From an uncultured Phycisphaeraceae bacterium (lineage in GTDB: Bacteria > Planctomycetota > B15-G4 > JADJEK01), in NCBI GenBank assembly GCA_964649825.1, contig CAZYQW010000109.1, positions 1 through 38,036 on the forward strand: 38,036 nucleotides of DNA. The letters run 5' to 3'. Below the pieces are notes generated by a model. That model had not been told where the DNA came from and searched no databases. It saw only the letters and a list, made by a program, of their open reading frames with translations. The first letter of the stretch is position 1, and each line of letters opens with the position of its first letter. Both the position numbers and the translations under genes were made by a program. Shown piece by piece: positions 18,261 to 28,122 of this stretch.

Positions 18261-20036
18261 TCATCCCGGCCAGAACAACGGGATCAACGCCGTCGCGGTC
18301 AGCCACATGATGACGTTCAGCGGCGCGCCGAAGCGCACGTAGTCCTTGAACAGGTAGCCGCCCGGCCCCATGACGAGGGTGTTCGTCTGGTAGCCGATCG
18401 GCGTGGCGAAGCTCGCGCTCGCGCCGAAGGTGATGGCGACCAGCAACGGCTTCGGATCGATGCCGATCTTGTGGGCGATCCCGAGCGCGATCGGCACGAG
18501 GAGGACGGCCGACGCGTTGTTCGACAGGACTTCGGTCAGGATGCTCGTGATCAGGTAGACCGCACCGACGAGGACGAAGATCCCGACCCCTCCGCCGATG
18601 CCCGCGATCGAGCTCGCGATCTCGCCGGCGACTCCGACCTTCTCCATAGCCGCGCCGAGCGGGATCGTGGCCGCGAGCAGCAGAAGGACCGACGTGTCGA
18701 GCGCGCGCGTGGCGTCGGCGACGTCCAGGCAGCGCGTGATGATCATGGCCACGGCTCCCACGAGCCCGAGGACCGGGAGAGGCGCCAGCCCCAGCGCGGC
18801 GGCAGCCACCACAGCGACGAGGATGCCGACCGCGAGCGGCGCCTTCCGTGGCTTCGTCAGAGTGTGTTCGACTCCCTGCACGAGGAGCAGGTCGCCGTCC
18901 TCCTCCAGGGCGCGCAACGAGGAGGGTTCGCCCTGGACGAGGAGCACGTCGCCCGAATGGATACGCAGCGAGCCGAGCTTGTACTGGTGCTGCCGGCCCA
19001 GCCGGCGGAGCGCGAGCACCTGCACACCGAAGCGGCGGCTGAGCCCGAGATCGCGCACGCGACGGTGACGAAAGCTCGACGTCGGCGTCACGACGGCCTC
19101 GGCGATCCGAAGGTCGACGCGGCTGATCTTCACGCGGTGGTCGTCGGCCAGGGCGGTGCCGGCCTCGACCCTCTTTTGCTCGATGAGTCCGTGGATCGAC
19201 CTCGCCGTCCCTTCCAGCAGGATCACGTCGCCGGCCGCAAGCACGAACTCCGGCCGCGGCCTGAGATACGGCACCTCGTCCCGCACCACCTCGACCACCT
19301 TCATCTCGTCGGCTCCGCGCAGGGCGGACGCCAGGTCCTTGCCGACGAGCGCGCTCTCCTCCGGCAACGTGACCACGGTGACGAAACGGTCGCCGCCCGT
19401 CGCCGGCAGCAGCTCGGAGAGGGCGGATCGGTGCGGCAGGACCCGCGGCCCGACGAGCACGACGTACAACCCTCCGATCACGAGGTAGATGACGCCGAGG
19501 CCGCTGAACTCGAACATCCCGAAGCCGGAGCCGCCGCTCTGGCGGTGCAGGGAGTCGACGAGGATGTTCGTGCTGGTCCCGATCAGGGTGCACGTTCCCG
19601 CGAGGATCGAGACGTAGCTGAGGGGCAGGAGCATCCGCGACGGCGCGATCCCGGTCCGCCGGGCCAACGCGAGGGTGACGGGAATCATGAGCGCGACGAC
19701 GGGAGTGTTGTTCAAGAACGCGGAGAGGACCGCGGTCGGCACGAAGAGCGCGATGAGCAGGCGGCGCTCGCCCCGCTCGCCGAGCTGCACGAGCCTTCCC
19801 GCGAGCACGTCCATGACTCCGGACCGCTCCACGCCGGCGCTCAATACGAGCATCGCGGCCACCGTGATCGTGGCCGGGCTCGAGAAGCCCGAGAACGCCT
19901 CGGCCGGAGAGAGCAGCCCCGTCAACGCGAGCGCCGCGATCGTGCCAAGGGCCGTGATCTCGATCCGCACCACCTGCGTGACGAGCAGCCCCAGCACGAC
20001 GACGAGGAGAACGCACAGCAACGCGGTCGAGCTCAT
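18261..20036 (-). CDS. SLC13/DASS-family anion permease with two central TrkA-C (RCK_C) domains
   Basis: Two multi-TM halves (N- and C-terminal) separated by ~2 soluble TrkA-C-like segments (VTLPEESALVGKDL..., AEAVVTPTSSFRHRRVRDLG...). Length ~590 aa, typical of this family. Confidence 0.75.
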   Translation of the reverse strand: MSSTALLCVLLVVVLGLLVTQVVRIEITALGTIAALALTGLLSPAEAFSGFSSPATITVAAMLVLSAGVERSGVMDVLAGRLVQLGERGERRLLIALFVPTAVLSAFLNNTPVVALMIPVTLALARRTGIAPSRMLLPLSYVSILAGTCTLIGTSTNILVDSLHRQSGGSGFGMFEFSGLGVIYLVIGGLYVVLVGPRVLPHRSALSELLPATGGDRFVTVVTLPEESALVGKDLASALRGADEMKVVEVVRDEVPYLRPRPEFVLAAGDVILLEGTARSIHGLIEQKRVEAGTALADDHRVKISRVDLRIAEAVVTPTSSFRHRRVRDLGLSRRFGVQVLALRRLGRQHQYKLGSLRIHSGDVLLVQGEPSSLRALEEDGDLLLVQGVEHTLTKPRKAPLAVGILVAVVAAAALGLAPLPVLGLVGAVAMIITRCLDVADATRALDTSVLLLLAATIPLGAAMEKVGVAGEIASSIAGIGGGVGIFVLVGAVYLITSILTEVLSNNASAVLLVPIALGIAHKIGIDPKPLLVAITFGASASFATPIGYQTNTLVMGPGGYLFKDYVRFGAPLNVIMWLTATALIPLFWPG

Positions 20037-20097
20037 CTTGGATGCCGTCCACGAGGTCCGCGGATCGCGGGCACGTGGCCGTGCTCGCCTCCGCCGG

Positions 20098-21300
20098 TCA
20101 CGGACGCCCGCGCGGATGCGGGATCCTACCCGAGGCCGCGGAATCGGCGGGCGCGCTACCGAGCGGCGGCAGGGCGCGCCGGCCCCGCCGCTCTCCGCGG
20201 ACGCGCATCCGTGCCATCGCGAACGCCAGGTCGAACAGGACGTCGAACCGCCGCACCGCCCACGCCCGCCGCATCAGCATCCGCAGGACGTCCGGACCCT
20301 CGAGCGCGTTCCGGTCGAACCGTGCTCGCCGAATGTGACGCCCGCGAAAGCGCTTGGGGAAGGTGCGACAGCGATCGAGCACTCCTTCGAGCTCGAGCAG
20401 CACCATCGTCCGCACGCACTTCTCGCAACGGCAGCAGTTCGCGAACGGACGCGGCCGGTCGAGACAAACCCGGAGGAACGATTGCACCAACGGCCAATGC
20501 GCGATGACCGCCACCTTCTCGGCGCGATCGAGCTCCGTGCCGTCGAGCACGACCTCCATCGCTTCGGTGGCGAGCAACGGATCGAGCGCGGGGTGGGTGC
20601 CCCACGGGACGGCGCGCGGGTTGTCGGTCGAGGGGACGATGAATCGCGACACGACGCCGGAGAACGCGAGCGCCGCCGCGCCGAGCACCGCGCCGTGGAG
20701 GTACGCCCAGGGCGCGGCGGGATGGAAGTGCTTCGCGTTGGTGCGCGCTCGCACGAGACGCACACCGAGCGATCCCAGCGCTTCCTCGTACGCCGCCGCG
20801 GCGCGGTCGAACGTCTCACGATCGGCGAGGGGAATGTCGAACCCGTGTAGGAACGTGGCAGCGCTCGCGACGCCGTCCGGCGGCGCGCCGCCTGCCGCGG
20901 TGTACCGCCACAGCGTGTGGAACGCGTCAACGCCACCCGAGAACGTGGTCCAGACCTCCCCTCGAGCGGGCGGCGCCGGCACGCGCTGCTCGGCGATGAT
21001 CTCGATCGTGCGAAACCGTTTCGGCTCCCACGCGCCCAGGATCTCCGCGCGCCGCCGCAGCCCATCGAGCAGCCGAGGCGAGACCGGTCCGCGGATCTCG
21101 AGCGTCTCGCCGAGCGCCATCGCCGGGAACAGCAGCACCGCCGCGAACGCGTCGGACCGCGCCGTGACGTCGTTCGCGCCTCCTTCGAACTCGAACCAGA
21201 GACGATCGGGCAACATCGGGCCGTGGAGAGACGTGACGACGTCCGCACCGACGCGGACCATGCCGTCGCGAACGTCGAGCGTCGGCGCGTGGAGGATCAT
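20098..21300 (-). CDS. Hypothetical protein with PP-loop-like SGGxD motif and C-terminal CCxCxxC cluster
   Basis: TFSGGVDAFHT resembles the PP-loop ATP pyrophosphatase motif (SGGxDS). CCRCEKC cysteine cluster. No confident family assignment. Confidence 0.45.
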   Translation of the reverse strand: MILHAPTLDVRDGMVRVGADVVTSLHGPMLPDRLWFEFEGGANDVTARSDAFAAVLLFPAMALGETLEIRGPVSPRLLDGLRRRAEILGAWEPKRFRTIEIIAEQRVPAPPARGEVWTTFSGGVDAFHTLWRYTAAGGAPPDGVASAATFLHGFDIPLADRETFDRAAAAYEEALGSLGVRLVRARTNAKHFHPAAPWAYLHGAVLGAAALAFSGVVSRFIVPSTDNPRAVPWGTHPALDPLLATEAMEVVLDGTELDRAEKVAVIAHWPLVQSFLRVCLDRPRPFANCCRCEKCVRTMVLLELEGVLDRCRTFPKRFRGRHIRRARFDRNALEGPDVLRMLMRRAWAVRRFDVLFDLAFAMARMRVRGERRGRRALPPLGSAPADSAASGRIPHPRGRP

Positions 21301-21427
21301 GGACCGGCGACGGCTCGGCGGGGGACGGGAGCCACGCGCTCGAACGGGGACGCGAGTGCGCGAGCGGCTCGCCCGCGAACGCGGCGGTCCGCCCGGACGC
21401 CGGGAGCGACCGCGCGCGCGTCATGCC

Positions 21428-22222
21428 TCATCCCACCAACAACCGGTCGTACCACCGTCGCTTCATCTGCGGTCCGTAGGTCAGCCCGAACCGCCGCATC
21501 CCGCACTCGCGGACGCACCCCACCGCCTCTTCCACCGAGTCGGTCAACACGATCCGATCGACGTCCTCGGGATTGATCGTGCCCTGGGCCACCATCGTAT
21601 CGCGCAGGAACTCGACGATCGGCGACCAGTAGTCCCGCCCCATCAGGACGAGGGGAAAATCGCGGATCTTCCCGGTCTGGATCAGCGTCGCGGTCTCGAA
21701 CAGCTCGTCGAGCGTGCCGAAGCCGCCCGGGAGGGCGATGAACGCGAACGAGTACTTCACGAGCATCACCTTGCGAACGAAGAAGTAGCGGAACGTGATC
21801 CAGTCGTCGAGGTACGGGTTTGGCCTCTGCTCCATGGGGAGCTCGATGTTGCACCCGATCGATCGTCCACCCGCCTCACGGGCCCCGCGGTTCGCGGCCT
21901 CCATGATCCCGGGTCCGCCGCCGGTCATCACCGTGAACCCCACGCGGGCCAGGTCGGCCCCGACTCCGCGCGCCAGCTCGTAGTAACGGTGCCCGGGCGG
22001 GAATCGCGCCGATCCGAAGACGGTCGCGCATGGACCGACGAAGTGGAGCCGCCGGAAACCACGCATGATCTCCCAGAAGATCCCCAGCCCTCGCGCGAGC
22101 TCGAATCGGCGGCGCTGCGGCCCCTGGAGGAAGTGCTGCTCCTGGCGGCTGTCCGGCTTCTTCCCCCACTCCAGGGCGTCGTGCATCCGTTGGTCGTCGT
22201 TCGTCGGTTTGTCGCTTGTCAT
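21428..22222 (-). CDS. LOG-family protein (TIGR00730; cytokinin riboside 5'-monophosphate phosphoribohydrolase-like, lysine decarboxylase-like)
   Basis: Conserved LOG motifs VFGSAR, GGGPGIMEA and ALPGGFGTLDELFE. Confidence 0.85.
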   Translation of the reverse strand: MTSDKPTNDDQRMHDALEWGKKPDSRQEQHFLQGPQRRRFELARGLGIFWEIMRGFRRLHFVGPCATVFGSARFPPGHRYYELARGVGADLARVGFTVMTGGGPGIMEAANRGAREAGGRSIGCNIELPMEQRPNPYLDDWITFRYFFVRKVMLVKYSFAFIALPGGFGTLDELFETATLIQTGKIRDFPLVLMGRDYWSPIVEFLRDTMVAQGTINPEDVDRIVLTDSVEEAVGCVRECGMRRFGLTYGPQMKRRWYDRLLVG

Positions 22223-22361
22223 CCGCGCAGGCTCCGCCGTGCGTCGAGGGCCCATGCCTCACCGACCCGAGACTGTAGTGAACGACGGCGTGGTGTCCTA
22301 TCGAGTTCCGTGGTTCGAACCGAACGTATGGCCGGGTCTCGTCACCGCTCGACGAGAATGC

Positions 22362-23855
22362 CTAACGCGCTCCGTTGGATCGCACGCGTCCGAACCGGAA
22401 CGTCCGCGTGCCGTGGTTCGCGCCGGTGAGGTCATCCGACTCGCCCCAGAACCCGAGGCGGCCGGTGCCGCCCGCGAGCGGCGCCTCGTCGGTGGCGACG
22501 ATCTGGCCCTCCCGCGCGACGCGGATCGTGCCGCCCGCCGTGAGCTCCAGCTCCAGATCGATCCCCCTCGCCTCTCTCGCCCCTCGTGGCTCGGACACGG
22601 GATCGAGGTCGAAGTAGCGCTCCCGGGACCAGCTCCCGTTCTCGCGCGTGGTGATCAGGAGCTGCTCGAGCCTTCGCTTGAAGACGACGACCGTGTAGTT
22701 CATCGAGTCGCGGTAGCCGACCACGAAGCCGATCCCATCGGAGTCGAACAGCTCCGAGTCGACCTCGAAGCCGATCGAGACCGGGACGGCGTCGTCCACG
22801 CGTTCGAGGAACGGCCAGAAACCGGAGCTGCCGGTGCGGACGCACGCCTCGACGCGGTCGGCGCGCCGCCGCCACTCGTACTGAGGCGTCGATCGCGCGG
22901 GGAGGATCGATTGGGCGAACCGGATCACGTCGTCCTGTACGTCGCGCAGCCGGGCTTCGCGCGGAAACGACGGCGCGCGGATCCCGGCGGATACGCACTG
23001 CTCGAATCGCGCGAACCAATCCGCGAACCGAGACTGACGCAGGTAGCGGACCAGCACGAAGCCGACCGCGCGCCGGTCCCGGTCATCCTCGATCCAGCTC
23101 AACGCGCTCCCGCCGAGTACGCGCGGCAGGTCGAACTGCGGCGACTGGAACCACGCGAGCGCGATGTCCTCATGGCCCACGGTGAACGGCGTCTCGTGGA
23201 CGCCGAGTCGTAGCTGCCGTCCATCCCACTCGTGTCGTTCGAGGTCATTGGCGACTCCCTCGACGTACCAGCGGGGAAAGATGTCGCGGCGTCCTTTCCC
23301 GAGCGAGAGGTAGTGGAACTGATGCGCCGCCTCGTGGAGGACGAGACGGCGCTGCGAGTACGGGAACGACGCGTACTCGACGTGTCCGATGCCGTGGATG
23401 CGGTCGTAGAAGCCCGACGCCCGGTCGACCCACGGCTCCATCCCCGGGTAGCGCCGGAACCGGTAGACGTCGCGGCAGCCGTAGATGAAGATCGGCAGGC
23501 GTCCGTCGCGGGATTTCGCCACGGCTTCCCGGCCGAACCGCTCGCAGAAGAGCGGCCATGCCGCCTCGAGAAGTTGGAGGCTGTCGTCGGCGACGTGCTC
23601 CGATACGTCGGTGTGGACCACGTAGTGTTCGCCGCGCGCCACGTGCGGGAGCGCGTCGACGAGATGCGAAAGCGAGTTGCTTCGCAGCGGCCTCCGGTCC
23701 GGCCGCGCGCTGATCGGAAGCGCCGCATCCATCGCGGCTCGCGGCCCCCCATTGGGCGGGACGGGCGGGGCGGGCAGGGCGGGAGGCTCCTCGCGGGCGA
23801 GCGTCAGCGCCGCCGCGCACAGCGCCATCGCGAGCAAGATCAGGGCGTGCTTCAT
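22362..23855 (-). CDS. Secreted putative zinc metallopeptidase (HExxH)
   Basis: Signal peptide MKHALILLAMALCAAALTLA. HEAAHQFH with a downstream Glu (gluzincin-like arrangement). No other recognisable domains. Confidence 0.55.
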   Translation of the reverse strand: MKHALILLAMALCAAALTLAREEPPALPAPPVPPNGGPRAAMDAALPISARPDRRPLRSNSLSHLVDALPHVARGEHYVVHTDVSEHVADDSLQLLEAAWPLFCERFGREAVAKSRDGRLPIFIYGCRDVYRFRRYPGMEPWVDRASGFYDRIHGIGHVEYASFPYSQRRLVLHEAAHQFHYLSLGKGRRDIFPRWYVEGVANDLERHEWDGRQLRLGVHETPFTVGHEDIALAWFQSPQFDLPRVLGGSALSWIEDDRDRRAVGFVLVRYLRQSRFADWFARFEQCVSAGIRAPSFPREARLRDVQDDVIRFAQSILPARSTPQYEWRRRADRVEACVRTGSSGFWPFLERVDDAVPVSIGFEVDSELFDSDGIGFVVGYRDSMNYTVVVFKRRLEQLLITTRENGSWSRERYFDLDPVSEPRGAREARGIDLELELTAGGTIRVAREGQIVATDEAPLAGGTGRLGFWGESDDLTGANHGTRTFRFGRVRSNGAR

Positions 23856-24021
23856 CCGCCGGTTCCGTCGGTCGGTTCGCGCGAGCGTCGAACCATGTAT
23901 CCCCGGCGAACCCGGGAGCAACCGATCGCGGGCCGGCCGAAGTCATCGAACCACGCGGCGCGGCCCGGACGTGACCCGTCCTGCGGTGGAGTCCCGCTTC
24001 CGCGACCGCCCACCGGCGACG

Positions 24022-25662
24022 TCAGCTCGCGGCGTCCGGGGCCTTCCTGGCGCGCCGGCGTTCGTCTGGCCCGGCCGCCGCGTCGGCTTGCGAAGTGGCG
24101 TCGTCCGAGCTGCCGTTCTTCGTGCCCGCCTTCACGTCGGGCGTTTCCACGAGACGACCGAAGTAGTCGGGCATCTCGACGCCGCCGACGTCGCGCATGA
24201 TCTGCAGCATCGGCGGGATCGCGCCTCCGAGGCTCTGCAGGAAGCCCGCCGTGCCTCCCTTGCCGCTGCCGTTTCCGCCTTCCCACACGACGACCTTGTC
24301 GAACTTGATGTTCGAGATCGCCTTGGCGGCGGTCTCGGACAGTTGCTCGAGATGCTCGATCATGAGCATCTGGAACGCCGCCTGCGAACCCCCGCACGCC
24401 TCGACGATGCGCTTCAAGCCGTCGCCCTTCTTGGCGAGGATCTCGTACTGTCCCCGCGCCTCGGCGTCGAGCTTCGCGAAGATCGCGGACGCTTCGCCTT
24501 CCGCCTCGATGCGCCGCTTCTCGGCTTCCGCCTCCGCGTCGACGATCTGCTTCGCCTTCTGCGCCTTCGCGACCGCCTCGAGCTCGGCCCGCTTCTCGGC
24601 CTCTTGCTTCGCCGCGAACGCCTCCGCTGCCTTGGCCTCCGCCCGGTACTGCGCCTCGCGCACCGCCGCCTCGGCCTCGCGCTTGCGAGTCTCGCCGACC
24701 TGGTACGCCTCGGCCTCCTTCACCTTCAACGACGCGTCGGCGTCGGCGATCTTCGCCCGCGACACGTTCTCCCCGGTGACGGCGGCCGCGTTCGCCTCGG
24801 CGATCGCGATGCGCTGGTCACGCTCGGCCTCCTTTACCCGCGCCTCGCGCTCGAACCGCGCGGTCTCCTCGCCGATCATCTTCTCCTTGTCGAGGACGGC
24901 CAGCTTGACCGCTTGCTCGCGCTCGGCTTCCTTCGTGCCGATGCTCTGGAGCTTGCGAGCGTTGGCGACCTCGATCGCTTTCTCGCGGTCCGCGCCGGCG
25001 ACGCCGATCGCCCCCTTCTTCTCCTGCTCGGCGACGTCGATCGTGGCCTGTTGGATCGCCTCGGACGCGGCCTTGCGGCCGATCGCCTCGATGTAGCCCG
25101 ACTCGTCGGTGATGTCGGTGATGTTGACGTTGATCAGGACCAGCCCGATCTTCTCGAGCTCCGGTTCGAGGCTGCTTTGGATGCTCTCGAGGAACTTCTC
25201 GCGGTCGCGGTTGATGTCCTCGATCCGCATCGAAGCGATCACCTGACGGAGCTGGCCGAAGATGATGTCCTCCGCCTGCTTGCTGATCTCGGCGGTGGTG
25301 AGCCCGAGGAGCCGGATCGCCGCGTTCTGGCTCGTCGTCGTGTCGGTTCCGACCGCGACGGTGAACACGCTCGGCACGTTCACCCGGATGTTCTCCATCG
25401 AGAGCGCGCCCTTGAGCGGCACCTCGATCTGGATCGGGTCGAGGCTGATGTAGGCGTAGTCCTGGATGAGCGGCCAGACGAACTTGCCGCCCCCGTGGAG
25501 CGTGCGGGACGATTGCCCGCCGGAGACCTTGCCGAAGATGACGAGGATGCGGTTGCTCGGGCAGCGCTTGTAGCGCGTGACGACCGTCATCACGAAGATG
25601 AAGACGACGAAGACCGCGGCGACGACGATCGCGATCCAGAAGAAGTTTCCGTCAAAGTCCAT
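24022..25662 (-). CDS. floT: Flotillin (SPFH/band-7 domain protein, YqiK/FloT-like)
   Basis: N-terminal TM helix. SPFH domain. Long Ala/Glu/Lys-rich coiled-coil (EA repeats). C-terminal flotillin region. GGAGG SD. Confidence 0.9.
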   Translation of the reverse strand: MDFDGNFFWIAIVVAAVFVVFIFVMTVVTRYKRCPSNRILVIFGKVSGGQSSRTLHGGGKFVWPLIQDYAYISLDPIQIEVPLKGALSMENIRVNVPSVFTVAVGTDTTTSQNAAIRLLGLTTAEISKQAEDIIFGQLRQVIASMRIEDINRDREKFLESIQSSLEPELEKIGLVLINVNITDITDESGYIEAIGRKAASEAIQQATIDVAEQEKKGAIGVAGADREKAIEVANARKLQSIGTKEAEREQAVKLAVLDKEKMIGEETARFEREARVKEAERDQRIAIAEANAAAVTGENVSRAKIADADASLKVKEAEAYQVGETRKREAEAAVREAQYRAEAKAAEAFAAKQEAEKRAELEAVAKAQKAKQIVDAEAEAEKRRIEAEGEASAIFAKLDAEARGQYEILAKKGDGLKRIVEACGGSQAAFQMLMIEHLEQLSETAAKAISNIKFDKVVVWEGGNGSGKGGTAGFLQSLGGAIPPMLQIMRDVGGVEMPDYFGRLVETPDVKAGTKNGSSDDATSQADAAAGPDERRRARKAPDAAS

Positions 25663-25666
25663 CTTC

Positions 25667-26260
25667 CTAGTCCTCCTGCTTCTCGATGAGTGCCACGACC
25701 TCGAGAGTGTCGGGAGCCGGCACTCCGATCACTTTGATCATCGTCCCGGTGGTCAGCGAACCGCCGCCGGTCGTCGCCTTCGCCTCGACGGTTCTTCCCT
25801 GCACCGCGACCGTCACCTTGCCGCGACCGGAGTGCGCGGCGGGGATCGTGAGGTAGACCTTGCCCGCGATACCGACCGCGTTGCGCAGGTCGAGGTTGCC
25901 GGACGACTCGAGCTTCGCCATCCCGGCCATCATCCACGCCACGATGTAGAGCGCCGCCGAGCCGGACGCGAGCGAGATCGCGAGGGTGAGGCCGGACCCG
26001 ACGCCGGAGTGGGTGCAGGCCATCCCGCTGAGGCCGAAGAACGTGAAGAACGCGACCAGCGTCTTCAGCGAGAGGACCTTGAAGAACGCGCTCGAAGCGT
26101 CACCGTCGACGTCGGGATGGACGTCGACGTGATCGTGGACGTCGAAGTGGCCCCCACCCGTATCCGCGTGAGCGCCGCTGGCGCCGACGAGGATGAGGAT
26201 GACCTGGAGCACGAGGATCGATCCGCCCACGATCGCACTGATGAAGTAGATGGTCTCCAT
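25667..26260 (-). CDS. NfeD-like membrane protein (YqiJ-type partner of flotillin)
   Basis: Multi-TM N-terminal part plus a C-terminal OB-fold-like soluble domain (GKVTVAVQGRTVEAKA...). Lies 4 nt upstream of floT, as in yqiJK/floA operons. GGAGG SD. Confidence 0.8.
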   Translation of the reverse strand: METIYFISAIVGGSILVLQVILILVGASGAHADTGGGHFDVHDHVDVHPDVDGDASSAFFKVLSLKTLVAFFTFFGLSGMACTHSGVGSGLTLAISLASGSAALYIVAWMMAGMAKLESSGNLDLRNAVGIAGKVYLTIPAAHSGRGKVTVAVQGRTVEAKATTGGGSLTTGTMIKVIGVPAPDTLEVVALIEKQED

Positions 26261-26368
26261 GACGGATCTGCCTCCTCGATCGACGTCAGACAGCGCCCGT
26301 TGTACCGGCCCGCACCGGGATCATTCGAGGATTCCAACTCGACCTCCCGAATGGGTCGGGCCCTTCTG

Positions 26369-26420
26369 AATCGATCCGATCGATCCGATCGATCCGATCC
26401 GGTGGATCCGGTCGATCGGG
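26369..26420. repeat. Tandem 9-bp repeat (cgatccgat x3, plus degenerate copies) in the nfeD-floT upstream region
   Basis: aatcgatccgatcgatccgatcgatccgatccggtggatccggtcgatcgg, seen directly. Adjacent G6CC/GGC5 palindrome at ~26421-26440. Confidence 0.8.
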
Positions 26421-26518
26421 GGGCCCGGCCCCCTTGGCCGGCGTCCGAACACGCCAGTGGCCGGACGGGGGCGCGCCGCGCGCGGCTGGGCGCGCCCGAC
26501 CACCTGCCGTGTCGCGTC

Positions 26519-27901
26519 CTACGGGAACCAGATCGATGCCGGCGCGCTGAGCTGCTCCGGGAATCCCAGGAACGGGACGCCCGGATCGTACGCCTGCCCG
26601 ACCAGGATCAGCGGGATGAGCGGATGTGTCAGGGTCCCCGTGACGCTCGCGATCCCGTTCGAGTCGGTCGGGACCGAGAACATCAGGTTCGCGATCGGCG
26701 GCAGCGCGTAGAAGCCGGGGAACACCTTGCCACCGATCGGCGCCGACGGAGGCACGTGCCCGGGGAACGTCGGCTGCACGCCGACGAAGAAGAGCACGCT
26801 GGAGTTCGGGACCGCATTCCCGATCTGCCATTGCACGAAGGTCTCGCCGGGGAAGTCGACCTCGCCGTCGGCCACGTCGACGGTCAGGGCGCGCCCCGTG
26901 TCCTCGCGCAGCGTCATCGCGTCGATGTGACCCGAGAACGCCGACATCCCGAGCGCGAACGGATTCCCGTTCGGAGCGCCGAGCTGGGAACCGAAGTTCC
27001 CGGCCGCGATCCTGCCGCCGTTCTCCGTCGAGAGGACGACCGCACCGCAGTTCTCGCCCGAGAACGCGAGGTTCTCATGAAGGACGCCGTCGTCGCCCAT
27101 GAAGTTGCCGCCGTTCAGGTCGATCGCGAGGCAGGTCAGGTCCCCGACCGTCACCGCAAAGGTCAGGCCGGCGTTCGCGACCATCGCGTCCACGCTCGCC
27201 TCGCTCAGCACGATGACCGCGGAACCGGGCGTGATCGCCGTCACGCGGCCGCTTGGCGCATAGGTGACGGCAGCGGCGGGAATCATCACCACGCCCCCGT
27301 CCTCGAGCACGGGGCCGTTCACGCTCTCGTCGTCGGCGAACGACAGGAAGAGATCGCCCGTGAGACTCTGCGCGAAGGCATCGGTGTTCGCGCGGTTCCC
27401 CGCGACCTGACCGATCGCGGCCACCACCAACGCCTCGTCGAGCACCGTGTCGATCGTGACCGGAGGAATGCCGTTGTAGATGAACCGGTAGATCGATCCA
27501 CTCGTCACCGAGCCGAAGTCCTGCGGCGATGAGAACACGTAGTTGAAGACGCTCCGCGTGATCAGCGGCGGAGGCGGGATGCGGAGGATCTCCATCGCAT
27601 CGAAGCCGCCGGTGTAGTTCTCGAAGTGGACGTCGTCGCCGTCGAAGTCCCCGAGGATCACGTTGAGCGCCGGGTCGGCGTGGATCTTCTCCGCCGACAG
27701 CACGGCGAACGGCGAGAAATGCGTGAGATCGGCTCGTCCGAGGTCCTGCAGCGGAGCGAGGCCGCTCGACATCGATGCGGTCTTCGCGGAACCGTTGATC
27801 GCGAACAACACCGCGTTCGTGCCCGGCACGACTTGCGCCGTGCCTTCGGTCGAGAACCCGAGAACGGCCGATGCCGTGACGAAAAACCAAAGGGTTCGCA
27901 T
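26519..27901 (-). CDS. Secreted hypothetical protein (signal peptide; Gly/Asp-rich, probable beta-rich fold)
   Basis: MRTLWFFVTASAVLGFSTEGTAQ signal peptide. No recognisable catalytic motifs. Noticeably lower GC and different codon usage than its neighbours. Confidence 0.6.
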   Translation of the reverse strand: MRTLWFFVTASAVLGFSTEGTAQVVPGTNAVLFAINGSAKTASMSSGLAPLQDLGRADLTHFSPFAVLSAEKIHADPALNVILGDFDGDDVHFENYTGGFDAMEILRIPPPPLITRSVFNYVFSSPQDFGSVTSGSIYRFIYNGIPPVTIDTVLDEALVVAAIGQVAGNRANTDAFAQSLTGDLFLSFADDESVNGPVLEDGGVVMIPAAAVTYAPSGRVTAITPGSAVIVLSEASVDAMVANAGLTFAVTVGDLTCLAIDLNGGNFMGDDGVLHENLAFSGENCGAVVLSTENGGRIAAGNFGSQLGAPNGNPFALGMSAFSGHIDAMTLREDTGRALTVDVADGEVDFPGETFVQWQIGNAVPNSSVLFFVGVQPTFPGHVPPSAPIGGKVFPGFYALPPIANLMFSVPTDSNGIASVTGTLTHPLIPLILVGQAYDPGVPFLGFPEQLSAPASIWFP

Positions 27902-28122
27902 CCATATCCTCCTGGTGCGTGATGTGGCTCGAATTCGGCCGCTCGCTCGCCGGATTTCCATCCGCAGCTCGTTGTTCCCGCGGCCCGACTACTTGGCTCC
28001 CGTTCAACCCGAGTGCCAGCAACTTCGACGTTGATCGGCGATTCGAAGTTCGAACCTGAGAAAAAACGTGGGAAGCGACTTACGTTTGTTCGCCACACGC
28101 CGCGAAGAGATGAGAGGTATCC

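Noticed and set aside
26369-26420. Short tandem repeats considered as a CRISPR array (also at 10661-10700).
   Set aside because: Units are 9-10 bp and directly adjacent with no spacers. This is far too short for CRISPR repeats, and no cas genes are present.
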